From the NCBI GenBank assembly GCA_964595725.1, contig CAZQRQ010000011.1, forward strand, positions 7,065 through 71,064: 64,000 nt of DNA, in the 5' to 3' direction. This DNA is from an uncultured Rikenellaceae bacterium (GTDB taxonomy: Bacteria; Bacteroidota; Bacteroidia; Bacteroidales; VadinHA17). The first letter of the stretch is position 1; every line of letters starts with the position of its first letter. Made by a program: the position numbers and the translations under genes. The notes under the pieces are model-generated. The model was given only the letters and a program-made list of their open reading frames with translations, did not search any database and was not told the origin of the DNA. Positions 1 to 9,712 of the stretch are shown piece after piece.

Positions 1-345
1 ACAATGACATATAATGAGCTTAATGATTATATAGACCTGCTCAGGTTACAGGGATCTGATGAACTCAAGCTGTTCCTCATTGAGAAATACAGGAGGTTTT
101 CCAATCCTTTTTCCATATTTATACTGATGCTGATAGGTGTTTCCCTCTCATCGCAGAAGGTGAGGGGAGGAATAGGTATGCAGATTGGTATAGGGCTGGG
201 CCTCAGCTTTTCCTATATCCTGTTCATGCAGTTTGCATCGCAGTTTGCTCTTAAGGGAAACCTCGATCCTCTGCTGGCACAGTGGATACCCAATATACTT
301 TACGCGGTTATAGCTTTGTTCCTCTACCGTGTCGCTCCAAAGTGA
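1..345 (+). CDS. LptF/LptG family LPS-export permease, C-terminal part (open at window start)
   Basis: Frame open from base 1; MTYNEL..YI..L motif, RFSNPFSIFILMLIG, R.GG.G..IGIG, and W.PN C-terminus typical of YjgP/YjgQ permeases. Confidence 0.85.
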   Translation, partial: TMTYNELNDYIDLLRLQGSDELKLFLIEKYRRFSNPFSIFILMLIGVSLSSQKVRGGIGMQIGIGLGLSFSYILFMQFASQFALKGNLDPLLAQWIPNILYAVIALFLYRVAPK

Positions 346-451
346 TACCTTAAACATGACAAATGTATGTCTTTTAGCGGGACAATTTCTGTAAAATTGG
401 TCCCGGAAAAAATATCTCCCGTGGTATTGAACAGTGAAAAACAAAACAGTT

Positions 452-1996
452 ATGGCACTCGATAAGAAAATCCGTGAATTGAAGGAGAAAAGAGAGAAAG
501 CTCTTCTTGGAGGAGGTGAGCAGGCGATAGAGAAACAAAAAGCCATGGGAAAGCGGACTGCGCGCGAAAGGATAATGGCACTACTCGATGAAGACTCTTT
601 TCATGAATATGATATGTTCGTGGAACATGAGGCACGCGACTTTGATATGGACAAGAAATCACTTCCAAGCGACGGCGTTATTATAGGAACCGGAACTATA
701 TACGGTGCACCGGTGGCGGTTTTTGCGCAGGACTTCACTGTGGCAGGGGGATCACTGGGATTGATGCATTCGCGCAAGATCACGAAAATAATGGATCATG
801 CACTTAAGATGCGGATGCCCCTGATCGGTATCAATGATTCCGGCGGAGCAAGAATACAGGAAGGAGTTAATTCGCTGGCGGGTTACGGGGAAATCTTCTT
901 CCGTAACACCTTGTCAAGCGGAGTGATACCTCAGATATCAGTCATACTGGGACCATGTGCGGGAGGCGCTGTTTATTCACCGGCTCTGACAGACTTTGTC
1001 TTTGTTGTGGATAAGATCTCTAAGATGTTCATCACAGGCCCGGAGGTGATAAAGACAGTACTGGGCGAGGAGATATCAATGGAGGATCTGGGCGGGGCGA
1101 GAGTACACAGCGAAATATCGGGAAATGCACATTTCTTTGCTGAGAGTGAAGATGAATGCTTTGAACAGATCAAAAAGCTCATCACGTTCATTCCCTGGAA
1201 CAACTCGCGGAAAGCCAGGGCTTTCGAATCTGCAGAACCCAAAGGAAAATTTGATATACAAAAAATTGTACCCGAAGATCCTACCATGCCTTATGATGTA
1301 AAAGATGTCATCAGGGCAATCGTTGATAATTCCGACTTCTTTGAGATACAGGAGCTTTATGCCAAGAACATAGTGATAGGCTTTGGAAGAATGGGGGGAA
1401 GAACAATTGGGTTTGTTGCAAACCAGCCAATGGAAATGGCAGGAGTCCTTGACGTGGATTCATCTGATAAGGCTGCCCGTTTTATAAGGTACTGTGATGC
1501 TTTCAATATCCCAATAATTACGCTTGTTGATCTTCCTGGTTATCTGCCCGGGGTAGACCAGGAACATGCAGGCGTGATCAGGCATGGTGCAAAGGTGCTA
1601 TATGCATTCAGCGAATGTACAGTACCAAAAGTGACAGTAATAATCAGGAAGGCCTACGGTGGTGGTTACATTGCCATGTCGTCGCGCCATCTAAGGGCAG
1701 ATTTCGTGTTTGCCTGGCCAACAGCCGAGATAGCCGTAATGGGGCCGGAAGGTGCTGCAAATATAATTTTCCGCAGGGAAATTATGGCGGCGGAAAATCC
1801 TGATGAAATGCGAAGACAAAAAGTACAGGAGTACAAGGATAAATTCGCCAATCCTTATGTGGCTGCGTCCAAGGGTTATATTGACGCCGTTATTGAACCG
1901 GAAGAAACACGGAAAATACTTATGCATGCAATAGAGGTGTCTGAGCATAAGGAGATTATCATGCCACGTAAAAAGCATGGCGTCCCTCCATTTTGA
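452..1996 (+). CDS. Acyl-CoA carboxyltransferase subunit (methylmalonyl-CoA decarboxylase alpha / propionyl-CoA carboxylase beta type)
   Basis: GK.TARERI, QDFTV.GGSLG, DSGGARIQEG, GPCAGGAVYSPA, RKAYGG, KKHG..P motifs. ATG 452 preferred over the track's GTG 434. Confidence 0.95.
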   Translation: MALDKKIRELKEKREKALLGGGEQAIEKQKAMGKRTARERIMALLDEDSFHEYDMFVEHEARDFDMDKKSLPSDGVIIGTGTIYGAPVAVFAQDFTVAGGSLGLMHSRKITKIMDHALKMRMPLIGINDSGGARIQEGVNSLAGYGEIFFRNTLSSGVIPQISVILGPCAGGAVYSPALTDFVFVVDKISKMFITGPEVIKTVLGEEISMEDLGGARVHSEISGNAHFFAESEDECFEQIKKLITFIPWNNSRKARAFESAEPKGKFDIQKIVPEDPTMPYDVKDVIRAIVDNSDFFEIQELYAKNIVIGFGRMGGRTIGFVANQPMEMAGVLDVDSSDKAARFIRYCDAFNIPIITLVDLPGYLPGVDQEHAGVIRHGAKVLYAFSECTVPKVTVIIRKAYGGGYIAMSSRHLRADFVFAWPTAEIAVMGPEGAANIIFRREIMAAENPDEMRRQKVQEYKDKFANPYVAASKGYIDAVIEPEETRKILMHAIEVSEHKEIIMPRKKHGVPPF

Positions 1997-2016
1997 AATC
2001 AGGTAACAATACACTT

Positions 2017-2352
2017 ATGGAAAAGAAGGATCTTGGCATTCTCAATATCGATACAACACTGTACCATACAAGAGTCAGCAACAAGTATGAAAAAAGAAAA
2101 CCTTATAAACCGGCAGATCCCGGCTTGATTTTCAGCTTCATACCCGGTACAGTACTCGAAATCCTGGTTTCTGAGGGAGATGTGGTATCAGCAGGTTCCG
2201 ACCTGCTTGTCCTGGACGCGATGAAGATGCAGAACAGGATCAAATCGCCCGTTACAGGAAAGGTAATTAAGATAAATGTAAGATCAGGTGACAGGGTTCC
2301 GAAAGGTGTACTTCTCCTGGAACTGGAGCCGGTTCAGAGTTTTCCTGAATAA
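2017..2352 (+). CDS. Biotin carboxyl carrier protein
   Basis: PG.V..I.V.EGD.V..G..L..LDAMKM.N.I.SP..G.V biotinyl domain (MKM attachment site). 3' end overlaps ispE by 19 nt. Confidence 0.9.
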   Translation: MEKKDLGILNIDTTLYHTRVSNKYEKRKPYKPADPGLIFSFIPGTVLEILVSEGDVVSAGSDLLVLDAMKMQNRIKSPVTGKVIKINVRSGDRVPKGVLLLELEPVQSFPE

Positions 2353-3152
2353 ACAACAACGGGCATCATCGACTGCGGTATATCGGGTAACTTTTCAAAG
2401 AGACCAAATACTGCTGAACCGCTTCCTGACATCGAGCTGTAAACAGCACCAATGCTGTAAAGTGATTCTTTAAGATCTGCTATTTCGGGGTATCTGGCAA
2501 AAAGGCTTTTTTCAAAATCATTGAAAATGGTATCTTTCCACAATCTGGTATCTGTCCTGTACGAATCAATAAGATTCCTGCCATCATACCAGGATGTACA
2601 ATTTTTGTATGCATCTGCCGTACTGACTTCATATTCCGGTTTCAGAACAACGATGTGGTAAAAATCGGGCAGAGAATCAACAGGGGTGAGAATTTCCCCT
2701 CGGCCCTCTCCATAGGAGGGCACATTATCAATAAAAAAGGGGCAGTCGCTCCCCAGTGATGCGGCTATTTCCTTCAATGAAGCCTGGCTTAAACCAAGCT
2801 CAAAGTAACGGTTCAATGATCTGATAAGACATGTCGCATCGGCGGAACCGCCTCCCAATCCAGCACCCGGGGGAATGGTTTTATGAAGGTGAATCTTAAG
2901 AAACGGGACATTGTGAATTTCGCGTATTCGCTTCAGGGCTTTAATAACAATATTGTCTTTCGGTTTGCATCCCGACGGTATTCCTGTTTCAATCAGCCGG
3001 TCATTGCCTGTTTCTCTCTCCTCAATGACATATTCAAGAGCATCAGCCAGACCGAACGGATAAAAGACTGTCTGTATACTATGAAAACCATCGGTCCTTT
3101 TTTCAATTATCCGTAAGCCTATATTAATTTTTGCCCTGGGAAAGACTACCAT
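2334..3152 (-). CDS. ispE: 4-diphosphocytidyl-2-C-methyl-D-erythritol kinase
   Basis: AKINIGL, DGFH.I.T, IPPGAGLGGGSADA, LGSDCPFF, MSGSGSAVF GHMP motifs. Confidence 0.95.
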   Translation of the reverse strand: MVVFPRAKINIGLRIIEKRTDGFHSIQTVFYPFGLADALEYVIEERETGNDRLIETGIPSGCKPKDNIVIKALKRIREIHNVPFLKIHLHKTIPPGAGLGGGSADATCLIRSLNRYFELGLSQASLKEIAASLGSDCPFFIDNVPSYGEGRGEILTPVDSLPDFYHIVVLKPEYEVSTADAYKNCTSWYDGRNLIDSYRTDTRLWKDTIFNDFEKSLFARYPEIADLKESLYSIGAVYSSMSGSGSAVFGLFEKLPDIPQSMMPVVVYSGKL

Positions 3153-3169
3153 GCTGTGATTATTTCGCG

Positions 3170-3177
3170 CAAAATTA
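3170..3177 (-). promoter_or_regulatory. Bacteroidota -7 promoter box (TAATTTTG) for ispE
   Basis: Matches TAnnTTTG 18 nt upstream of the ispE start. Confidence 0.6.
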
Positions 3178-3296
3178 CCACTTGGAAATGAAAGATTTTC
3201 ATATATGTGAATATTTTAGCTTTTTCAACAAGTTTTAAACAGCAGGTGTTTGAAACAAATATTGCACTTTTAGCCTTTCTTCTGGGGGCTAATATC

Positions 3297-3304
3297 TACC
3301 TTTG
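3297..3304 (+). promoter_or_regulatory. Bacteroidota -7 promoter box (TACCTTTG) for dnaB
   Basis: Matches TAnnTTTG upstream of dnaB. Confidence 0.6.
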
Positions 3305-3366
3305 AAGGTACTTGAAAAATTGACCTATAAAACACTAAATACCACAAATACAGTAAATTATTGGTA

Positions 3367-4890
3367 ATGGCAAAACAAAAAACAGGATACAGGCCACCTG
3401 TAACAACGCTTCCGGACTACGGTAAGGTTCCACCACAGGCTATTGATATGGAAGAGGCAGTGCTTGGTGCAGTAATGCTCGAGAAAGAAGCTGTTATTAC
3501 AATACTTGATATACTCCGTCCTGAAAGCTTCTATAAAGAAAGTCACCAGAAAATATTTAAAGCAATTTCAGATATATCTACGAAGGAATATCCGGTAGAT
3601 CTCTATACAGTAACAGAGGAGCTTAGAGCCACCAATGAACTTGAGAGCGTCGGAGGGCCTGTTTATCTTACACAGCTGACTTCTAAAGTCGTATCGGCTG
3701 CTAACGTGGAGTACCATGCCAGGATAGTAGCACAGAAATATATCCAGCGAGAGTTGATAAGAGTATCAACGGAGATCCAGAACAGGTCTTTTGATGACAC
3801 CTACGATATAACTGAACTTCTTGATTTTTCTGAAGATTCTATATTTCAGATAGCCGAGGGAAATATAAAGAGGGAAGTGGCACCCATTAACGAAGTGATT
3901 AAGGAGGCAATCAGTGAGATAGAGAAAGCTGGAAAAAGAGAAGATGCCCTGGTGGGAATACCGTCTGGATTTACGAAGCTGGACAGGCTGACTTCCGGGT
4001 GGCAGAAATCTGAACTGGCAATAGTCGCAGCGCGCCCATCGATGGGTAAGACTGCATTTGCTCTCACAATGGCCCGTAATATGTCAATAGATCATGGTAA
4101 AAAAGTTGCCATATTTTCATGTGAAATGGCATCAGTGCAGCTGGTCAACAGGCTGATCATCGCTGAAACTGATATACCGGGAGAAAAAATCAAGAACGGG
4201 CGCCTGTCGGAGGAGGAATGGAAGCAGCTGGATTCCAGGATCAAGAAGCTTGTTCAGGCACCAATATATATAGACGATACTCCAGCTATTACGATTACCG
4301 AACTCAGGGCAAAATGCCGACGGCTGATGGCACAGCACAAGCTTGACATTGTGATAATCGATTACCTCCAGCTTATGACAGGCCCTCAAAACTCAGGAAG
4401 CCGTGAGCAGGAGGTCAGCAATATTTCAAGATCACTCAAGAGCATAGCCAAAGAGCTGGATGTCCCTGTTATAGCATTGTCACAGCTTAACAGGTCAGCT
4501 GAACTGCGGGGAGGTCTTAAAAGACCTCAATTGTCTGACTTGAGGGAATCAGGCGCTATAGAACAGGATGCCGATATGGTGGTTTTTATTCACCGTCAGG
4601 ATAAATTCGGGATGATGACTTTCGAGGATGGCACATCTACCAAAGGAATAGCTGAAATAATACTTGCGAAAAACAGAAATGGTCCGGTTGATGATATCCG
4701 GCTAAGGTTCAGGGAAGAAAAGGCACTCTTTGTAGATATTGAGGATTTTGATGGTGAAGCTGACTTTGATATCAGTCCGAACAAGCAGAGCATGACCTTT
4801 GGCTCAAAGATGAACCACGACAATTACAAGGGTCAGGGTGGCGGATTTGACAATGAGAATGGTGAGTATTCAGAACCACCTTTTGGCTGA
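3367..4890 (+). CDS. dnaB: Replicative DNA helicase
   Basis: PPQA...E.AVLG N-terminus, AARPSMGKT Walker A, IDYLQLM, ALSQLNR, DLRESGAIEQDAD; no intein. Confidence 0.97.
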   Translation: MAKQKTGYRPPVTTLPDYGKVPPQAIDMEEAVLGAVMLEKEAVITILDILRPESFYKESHQKIFKAISDISTKEYPVDLYTVTEELRATNELESVGGPVYLTQLTSKVVSAANVEYHARIVAQKYIQRELIRVSTEIQNRSFDDTYDITELLDFSEDSIFQIAEGNIKREVAPINEVIKEAISEIEKAGKREDALVGIPSGFTKLDRLTSGWQKSELAIVAARPSMGKTAFALTMARNMSIDHGKKVAIFSCEMASVQLVNRLIIAETDIPGEKIKNGRLSEEEWKQLDSRIKKLVQAPIYIDDTPAITITELRAKCRRLMAQHKLDIVIIDYLQLMTGPQNSGSREQEVSNISRSLKSIAKELDVPVIALSQLNRSAELRGGLKRPQLSDLRESGAIEQDADMVVFIHRQDKFGMMTFEDGTSTKGIAEIILAKNRNGPVDDIRLRFREEKALFVDIEDFDGEADFDISPNKQSMTFGSKMNHDNYKGQGGGFDNENGEYSEPPFG

Positions 4891-4899
4891 TCAGTTTGC

Positions 4900-7581
4900 T
4901 CAGTTTATCTTCAGTATAAGCTTGAATCCTAAATTTTCGTAATTGAAATTGTAGAAGCCTGCATATACTCCTATTTCTCCCAGGAGAAGGAATTCACTAA
5001 TAGTATAGCCAACCTCTGTGTAAGTATCATGATCGCTCATCCACAGGAAAGACAGACCTATGTTCTCCCTCATAAGGGTGTTGCTAAGAACAGGAAGTAA
5101 CTTGATAAGCAGGTAAGGCGTAGTGTATTTCAGGTGAAACTCGGTAAAATACCCCGGTGTGCACATTTTGTAATAACCAGGTAGATGGAAAGCATCTTCG
5201 TAATCGTTTAACAATACCGGCAGAGGCTGTGTGTTGAAATGCACAAAATCAAAATAATTTGCACCGTCAGAATTGATAAAGCCTCCAGTCCGCAAGCGCC
5301 ACCTGAACTCACCGAATGCACCAGTTTCATTTCTTTTTGAAGCTTCAATACGAAGCAGATCGAAGTGCCCTCCTTCTGAGACTGCAGTCTTTTCATTATA
5401 ACCATGTTTCCAGCTTATCGAAAAAGTGGGGTATTCGGAGCCTCGTGGCGATTTAATATTGTTATTAATACTGTACTGTTGTCTTGGAGTATAAGAAAAT
5501 GTTATGTTAAAATCAGAATGAGTATGATTGACAGGACGGTAACCCGGGTCACTCCAATTTGTAATATATTCATTACCAGGCATATTATCCGTATAGCTCC
5601 TCTTTGTATCAATAATTGAAAAAGTGGTATTGTTGAATAGTATCCTACGGTCATCGTATCCCACGGAAAGGTCAAGGTAAAGACCGTTTGCGATTTCGGT
5701 CCTGTATCCGGCGGTAAAATACCTGGTTTCATAAAGCTTCATGTAGTTCCTTTCCATGAAGAGAGAGGTTATGGAGTTGAGGAAAGGGTTTATGCCGCCG
5801 GTACTATTAAAATCCTTGCTTGCAATGCCTGCCCTGAAAGATATCTGGCTCTGCTTCATCCTGTTGAACCTGTAATTGCCATTAATCCTCCACATGAAGC
5901 TCTTTCTGCTGAAAGCCCACCTGAAATCAGGGTAAACAGAAAAGCTGTTATTATTACTGAATTGCTTGTTCATTCTGAAGTCAATTCCGTAAACAAAACC
6001 GTCAACAGTATTAAACTGCAGGTTCTGCAGGTCTATAAGACCTCCATTGGTAAAACTGAATCCGAGAGTATCTCTCCAGGTATGCCCCCATAACAGGTGA
6101 TTAAAAGCAGTTTTTATTTTTCTTCCGCTTCTGTTTCCAGTGTAGGTTGAGTCCAAACCTGTGTCAATTGTCTTAAGCGCCGATTTAACACTATCTGCAG
6201 TCCTGAGGCTTCTTGTCTCTGCCTCTGAAAGGGGTATGGGCCTTATTTCTGTCCAGTATGCACTGTCCTTCTTCCCGGCGTCTTTTTCAATAATATGCGT
6301 TACATTGTTCTTTATCTCCAGATTGTCCCTGATACTGTCGGCAATACTTTCTTTCGATTCCTTTTCAAGCAAACCTGATAATTTTACCATATCCCTGTTT
6401 GTCATTTCATCCTTGGAAAGAATCTTTTCTATCTGTTGCTGTGTCCTGGTCTTTGTCGTATCAGGTAAGTTATCAACCCGATTCTTCCGGTAATCGACAG
6501 AGATCGTCGGAGGCTTTTGCAGATCAGGGTTTATATCTACTTCATCATATTTTATCGAACTGCCATAACCAGCATCGGCTTTGATCCCGAGAATTGAGAG
6601 AGTAACATCGAATTTGTGGCTGACAGGCATCCAAACCTCCTCCTGAACTGGAATATATAATTGTTGTATCCTGATGGTCCCGGCGATGTTTTCATTTACA
6701 AGATCAAGACTGTGCAGGCACCAAAGGTCTTCAATAATGTATATCAGACCTGTAAAGAGTTGCTGGCTCTTTCTTTTTGGAGTTACTTCGATTTTGTCAA
6801 TAACATAATTACCCTGTACTGAGGCGCCTTTATATTTGAAGTTGTAATGCGAAAAAGCATCAGGGGAAAGTGGTGATATGGCCAGATCGGCAAGGACAGG
6901 CTCGTAAAAGCTTGCCTCAATAAAATCCATGGGTGAGATCTGATTACCCTGTTCCGGAAAAGTACTGTTGAATGAGATTACTCTCTGAATATACTTGTCA
7001 GGCGCCGTAAACTCTATGTCATTAACAGACTCCATAAGGTATACATCACCCTCTTTCATTGTTGTTGTACTTGCAGATGTACCTGAATTGTTCCTGGCTT
7101 CAATCCTTAGCGATCTCTGCATAATCCGGGGAATATTTTTAATAATTAGATTCCCTTTCAGGTATACCTGCGCCTTATAATGATTCACATGATGGAGGTA
7201 ATAAGGGGCCAGTCCGATTGTCTTTCTCATTATACCATAAGCCGGATCCTCACTCGATGCAGTTATCCTTACCTCAGGTATTTCGTAATACTGCACCTGG
7301 AGGATCACGTTTATAATGGCAGGATCCTTACTAATAGTCACATTTTTCAAGTCAGGTTCAAATCCAAGGCTCTGGTAAATAACTGTATACCGACCTTCCG
7401 GAAGCCTTATTTCGTAGTCGCCCCTGGCGTTAGCAGTAGTACCCTGTTTGAGTTCCTGGATATAAACTGTTGCATAAGGCACGGGATTTTTCTCAACATC
7501 CCTGATAGTACCTTTCAGGACCTGAGCACCAGCGAATGCTGAATTGAAAAGAAATAGAAATATGTATAGCCAGTATTTCAT
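4900..7581 (-). CDS. Exported protein with carboxypeptidase-regulatory-like N-domain plus DUF5686-type outer-membrane domain
   Basis: Signal peptide; G.I.D....PVPYATVYI.....GT.AN..G.Y.I N-domain; DPAY.IM; aromatic-rich beta-strand C-terminal half. Confidence 0.75.
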   Translation of the reverse strand: MKYWLYIFLFLFNSAFAGAQVLKGTIRDVEKNPVPYATVYIQELKQGTTANARGDYEIRLPEGRYTVIYQSLGFEPDLKNVTISKDPAIINVILQVQYYEIPEVRITASSEDPAYGIMRKTIGLAPYYLHHVNHYKAQVYLKGNLIIKNIPRIMQRSLRIEARNNSGTSASTTTMKEGDVYLMESVNDIEFTAPDKYIQRVISFNSTFPEQGNQISPMDFIEASFYEPVLADLAISPLSPDAFSHYNFKYKGASVQGNYVIDKIEVTPKRKSQQLFTGLIYIIEDLWCLHSLDLVNENIAGTIRIQQLYIPVQEEVWMPVSHKFDVTLSILGIKADAGYGSSIKYDEVDINPDLQKPPTISVDYRKNRVDNLPDTTKTRTQQQIEKILSKDEMTNRDMVKLSGLLEKESKESIADSIRDNLEIKNNVTHIIEKDAGKKDSAYWTEIRPIPLSEAETRSLRTADSVKSALKTIDTGLDSTYTGNRSGRKIKTAFNHLLWGHTWRDTLGFSFTNGGLIDLQNLQFNTVDGFVYGIDFRMNKQFSNNNSFSVYPDFRWAFSRKSFMWRINGNYRFNRMKQSQISFRAGIASKDFNSTGGINPFLNSITSLFMERNYMKLYETRYFTAGYRTEIANGLYLDLSVGYDDRRILFNNTTFSIIDTKRSYTDNMPGNEYITNWSDPGYRPVNHTHSDFNITFSYTPRQQYSINNNIKSPRGSEYPTFSISWKHGYNEKTAVSEGGHFDLLRIEASKRNETGAFGEFRWRLRTGGFINSDGANYFDFVHFNTQPLPVLLNDYEDAFHLPGYYKMCTPGYFTEFHLKYTTPYLLIKLLPVLSNTLMRENIGLSFLWMSDHDTYTEVGYTISEFLLLGEIGVYAGFYNFNYENLGFKLILKIN

Positions 7582-7589
7582 CAGGGTCT

Positions 7590-8264
7590 TTAATTTTTTT
7601 TGCCTGCCACTATAATTACTGCTTCACCCTTTGGAGGATTCTCCCGGTAGTATTCAGCTATTTCACCAAGAGTCCCTCTCTGGTTTTCTTCATGGATCTT
7701 TGTAAGTTCCCTGGAGACACATGCTTCCCTGTCTGAACCGAAGATATGACCCATTTCGTCCAGTGCCCTGACAAGCCTGTATGGGGATTCATAAAATATC
7801 ATTGTCCGTGCTTCGTCCCTGAGAGCTTCCAGTTTTTTATTCCTGCCTTTCTTCTGTGGAAGGAATCCCTCAAAGCAGAACCTGTCACAGGCAAGGCCTG
7901 AATTCACAAGGGCAGGAACAAATGCAGTCGGTCCGGGTAGTGTTTCGACTTCAATACCTTTTCTGATACAGGCCCTTACAAGAAGAAATCCGGGATCTGA
8001 AATAGCCGGTGTGCCTGCATCCGAGACAAGAGCAACATTGAGCCCGGACTCTATCCTGCTGCAGACCGATTCGACCGTCTTGTGCTCATTGGCAATATGA
8101 TGTGACTGCAGTTGAGTGCTAATTCCAAAGTGACTTAGAAGCTTTCTCGTATGCCTTGTGTCTTCTGTGAGTATAAGGTCTGCCTCCTTAAGAACTTCAA
8201 TAGCCCTTAATGTTATATCTTTCAAGTTTCCGATAGGAGTTGGGACAATAATTAACTTACCCAT
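7590..8264 (-). CDS. rsmI: 16S rRNA (cytidine1402-2'-O)-methyltransferase
   Basis: VPTPIGNL.DITLRA, EDTRHT, VSDAGTPAISDPG, FEGFLP, YESPYR, RELTK. Confidence 0.96.
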   Translation of the reverse strand: MGKLIIVPTPIGNLKDITLRAIEVLKEADLILTEDTRHTRKLLSHFGISTQLQSHHIANEHKTVESVCSRIESGLNVALVSDAGTPAISDPGFLLVRACIRKGIEVETLPGPTAFVPALVNSGLACDRFCFEGFLPQKKGRNKKLEALRDEARTMIFYESPYRLVRALDEMGHIFGSDREACVSRELTKIHEENQRGTLGEIAEYYRENPPKGEAVIIVAGKKN

Positions 8265-8964
8265 CAGATGATAGTTTTCTTTTCACCAGGTTAAATAGCT
8301 GAAGGGCTACCTCATTCTCTTCATCATTGTCAACCAATGAAAAAATCATTGACCGGGCTTCATCCAGGTCATGTATTTCATTCAGCCTGGCAATAACCTC
8401 TTCATACCCCGAGGAATTGCCTTCAAATAGTTCCCTGATATACAGGAATTTATCATTAATCCCGATTGCGTCCTTAAGATTTACTACTGGTTTTGACTTA
8501 ACAACTGACGAAATATCATCGTCATTTTTTCGCGTTCCAAGCTGCTCATTAATGATGCTTGAAGTCTTTCCAAAAGTGTCCGCAAATATAGGTTGAACTT
8601 TTTTCTCAGGTCTGGCCTTACTTTCAGGTGAATCTCTGCCTGTTATAGGAGATTCCTGTGTAACTGGTTTGTCCGGTTCAATCACTTCAGCCGGAGGTTC
8701 TTGCAGTTCTGCTTTTGCAGGTTCCGGCTCTTTTTCCTGCTGTAAGGGAGTAATCCGGGTTTTTTCTTCAGAAGGTATTTCTTTGCCGGGAGAAGTCTGG
8801 ATGGTTTTCAGAAGTGATAATACTTCCTCGGCACTTTTGCATTTTGACCTTGCAAGCTCGATCTGGAAGCGCGGAACATCCGGATAATTTTTAAGGTCCT
8901 CAATTATTTCCCGGGCCTCTTTCAGGTCGTTAATTATTATATCCAAAGCTGAAATGAAATCCAT
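8257..8964 (-). CDS. Conserved hypothetical protein (helical N-terminus, P/E-rich linker, conserved C-terminal domain)
   Basis: Long ORF overlapping rsmI by 8 nt; C-terminal LKDAIGINDKFLYIRELF motif that I recall from Bacteroidota hypotheticals. Confidence 0.75.
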   Translation of the reverse strand: MDFISALDIIINDLKEAREIIEDLKNYPDVPRFQIELARSKCKSAEEVLSLLKTIQTSPGKEIPSEEKTRITPLQQEKEPEPAKAELQEPPAEVIEPDKPVTQESPITGRDSPESKARPEKKVQPIFADTFGKTSSIINEQLGTRKNDDDISSVVKSKPVVNLKDAIGINDKFLYIRELFEGNSSGYEEVIARLNEIHDLDEARSMIFSLVDNDEENEVALQLFNLVKRKLSSDG

Positions 8965-9082
8965 TCAATTATATATTAGTAAAACGAACCATTTTTCTTT
9001 ATTTTGCAAAAGTAAAGAATATTCCGCAAGTCTTTGATGAATAGTATTTACTAATTATTCATATTAATACATAGCCTGTTAA

Positions 9083-9664
9083 ATGGAATTTCTCGAAAAT
9101 TCTGTCAGAGCCGATAATAAGAGAGGATCTGTTGAGCTAATAACAGGATCTATGTTCTCGGGGAAAACGGAGGAGCTTATAAGACGTCTGCGAAGGGCAA
9201 AGTTTGCGGGATTGAAGGTTGAGATATTCAAACCGTCTATCGATAACAGGTATTCAGAAACTCTCGTAGTTTCGCATGATGAAAAGTCAATACATTCCAC
9301 ACCGGTAGATAATGCTTCTTCAATAATACTACTGGCAGTAGACTGTGATGTTGTAGGGATAGATGAGGCACAATTTTTCGACCATTCACTGGTGGATGTA
9401 TGTAACAGGCTGGCCGACAGTGGGATAAGGGTTATTGTTGCCGGCCTGGATATGGATTTTTCAGGGAAACCTTTCGGCCCCATGCCTGATCTTCTGGCAA
9501 TAGCTGAATATGTTACAAAAGTCCATGCTATTTGCGTGCGTTGCGGAAACCTGGCACAATATTCCAACAGGAAATCCGAAAACTCAAAGCAGGTCTTACT
9601 GGGTGAGAAGGATTTATATGAACCCCTGTGCAGGACCTGCTACAATGAAGAGCATAAGAAGTAG
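9083..9664 (+). CDS. tdk: Thymidine kinase
   Basis: [28 protein letters not shown] and C..CY zinc site. Confidence 0.97.
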   Translation: MEFLENSVRADNKRGSVELITGSMFSGKTEELIRRLRRAKFAGLKVEIFKPSIDNRYSETLVVSHDEKSIHSTPVDNASSIILLAVDCDVVGIDEAQFFDHSLVDVCNRLADSGIRVIVAGLDMDFSGKPFGPMPDLLAIAEYVTKVHAICVRCGNLAQYSNRKSENSKQVLLGEKDLYEPLCRTCYNEEHKK

Positions 9665-9712
9665 AACTTCGACAGGCGGCTATTATTAAGATATAACATT
9701 AATTCTCTCTAT

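Noticed and set aside
378-405. Hairpin CGGGAC-AATTT...AAATT-G-GTCCCG between the lpt permease and the carboxyltransferase
   Set aside because: No U-tract on the plus strand, so terminator function is unclear; too short to call an ncRNA
2334-2352. Tail-to-tail overlaps or abutments (biotin carrier/ispE, alr/crp, SPOR-like/smpB, tal/rlmB)
   Set aside because: Common in compact Bacteroidota genomes; no further evidence of antisense regulation
3361-4890. Possible inteins in dnaB (and in recA)
   Set aside because: Both proteins are normal length with contiguous motifs
9079-9567. 162-aa minus-strand ORF (and about 100 similar short antisense or alternative-frame ORFs in the track)
   Set aside because: They lie wholly within well-supported genes and have no recognisable motifs
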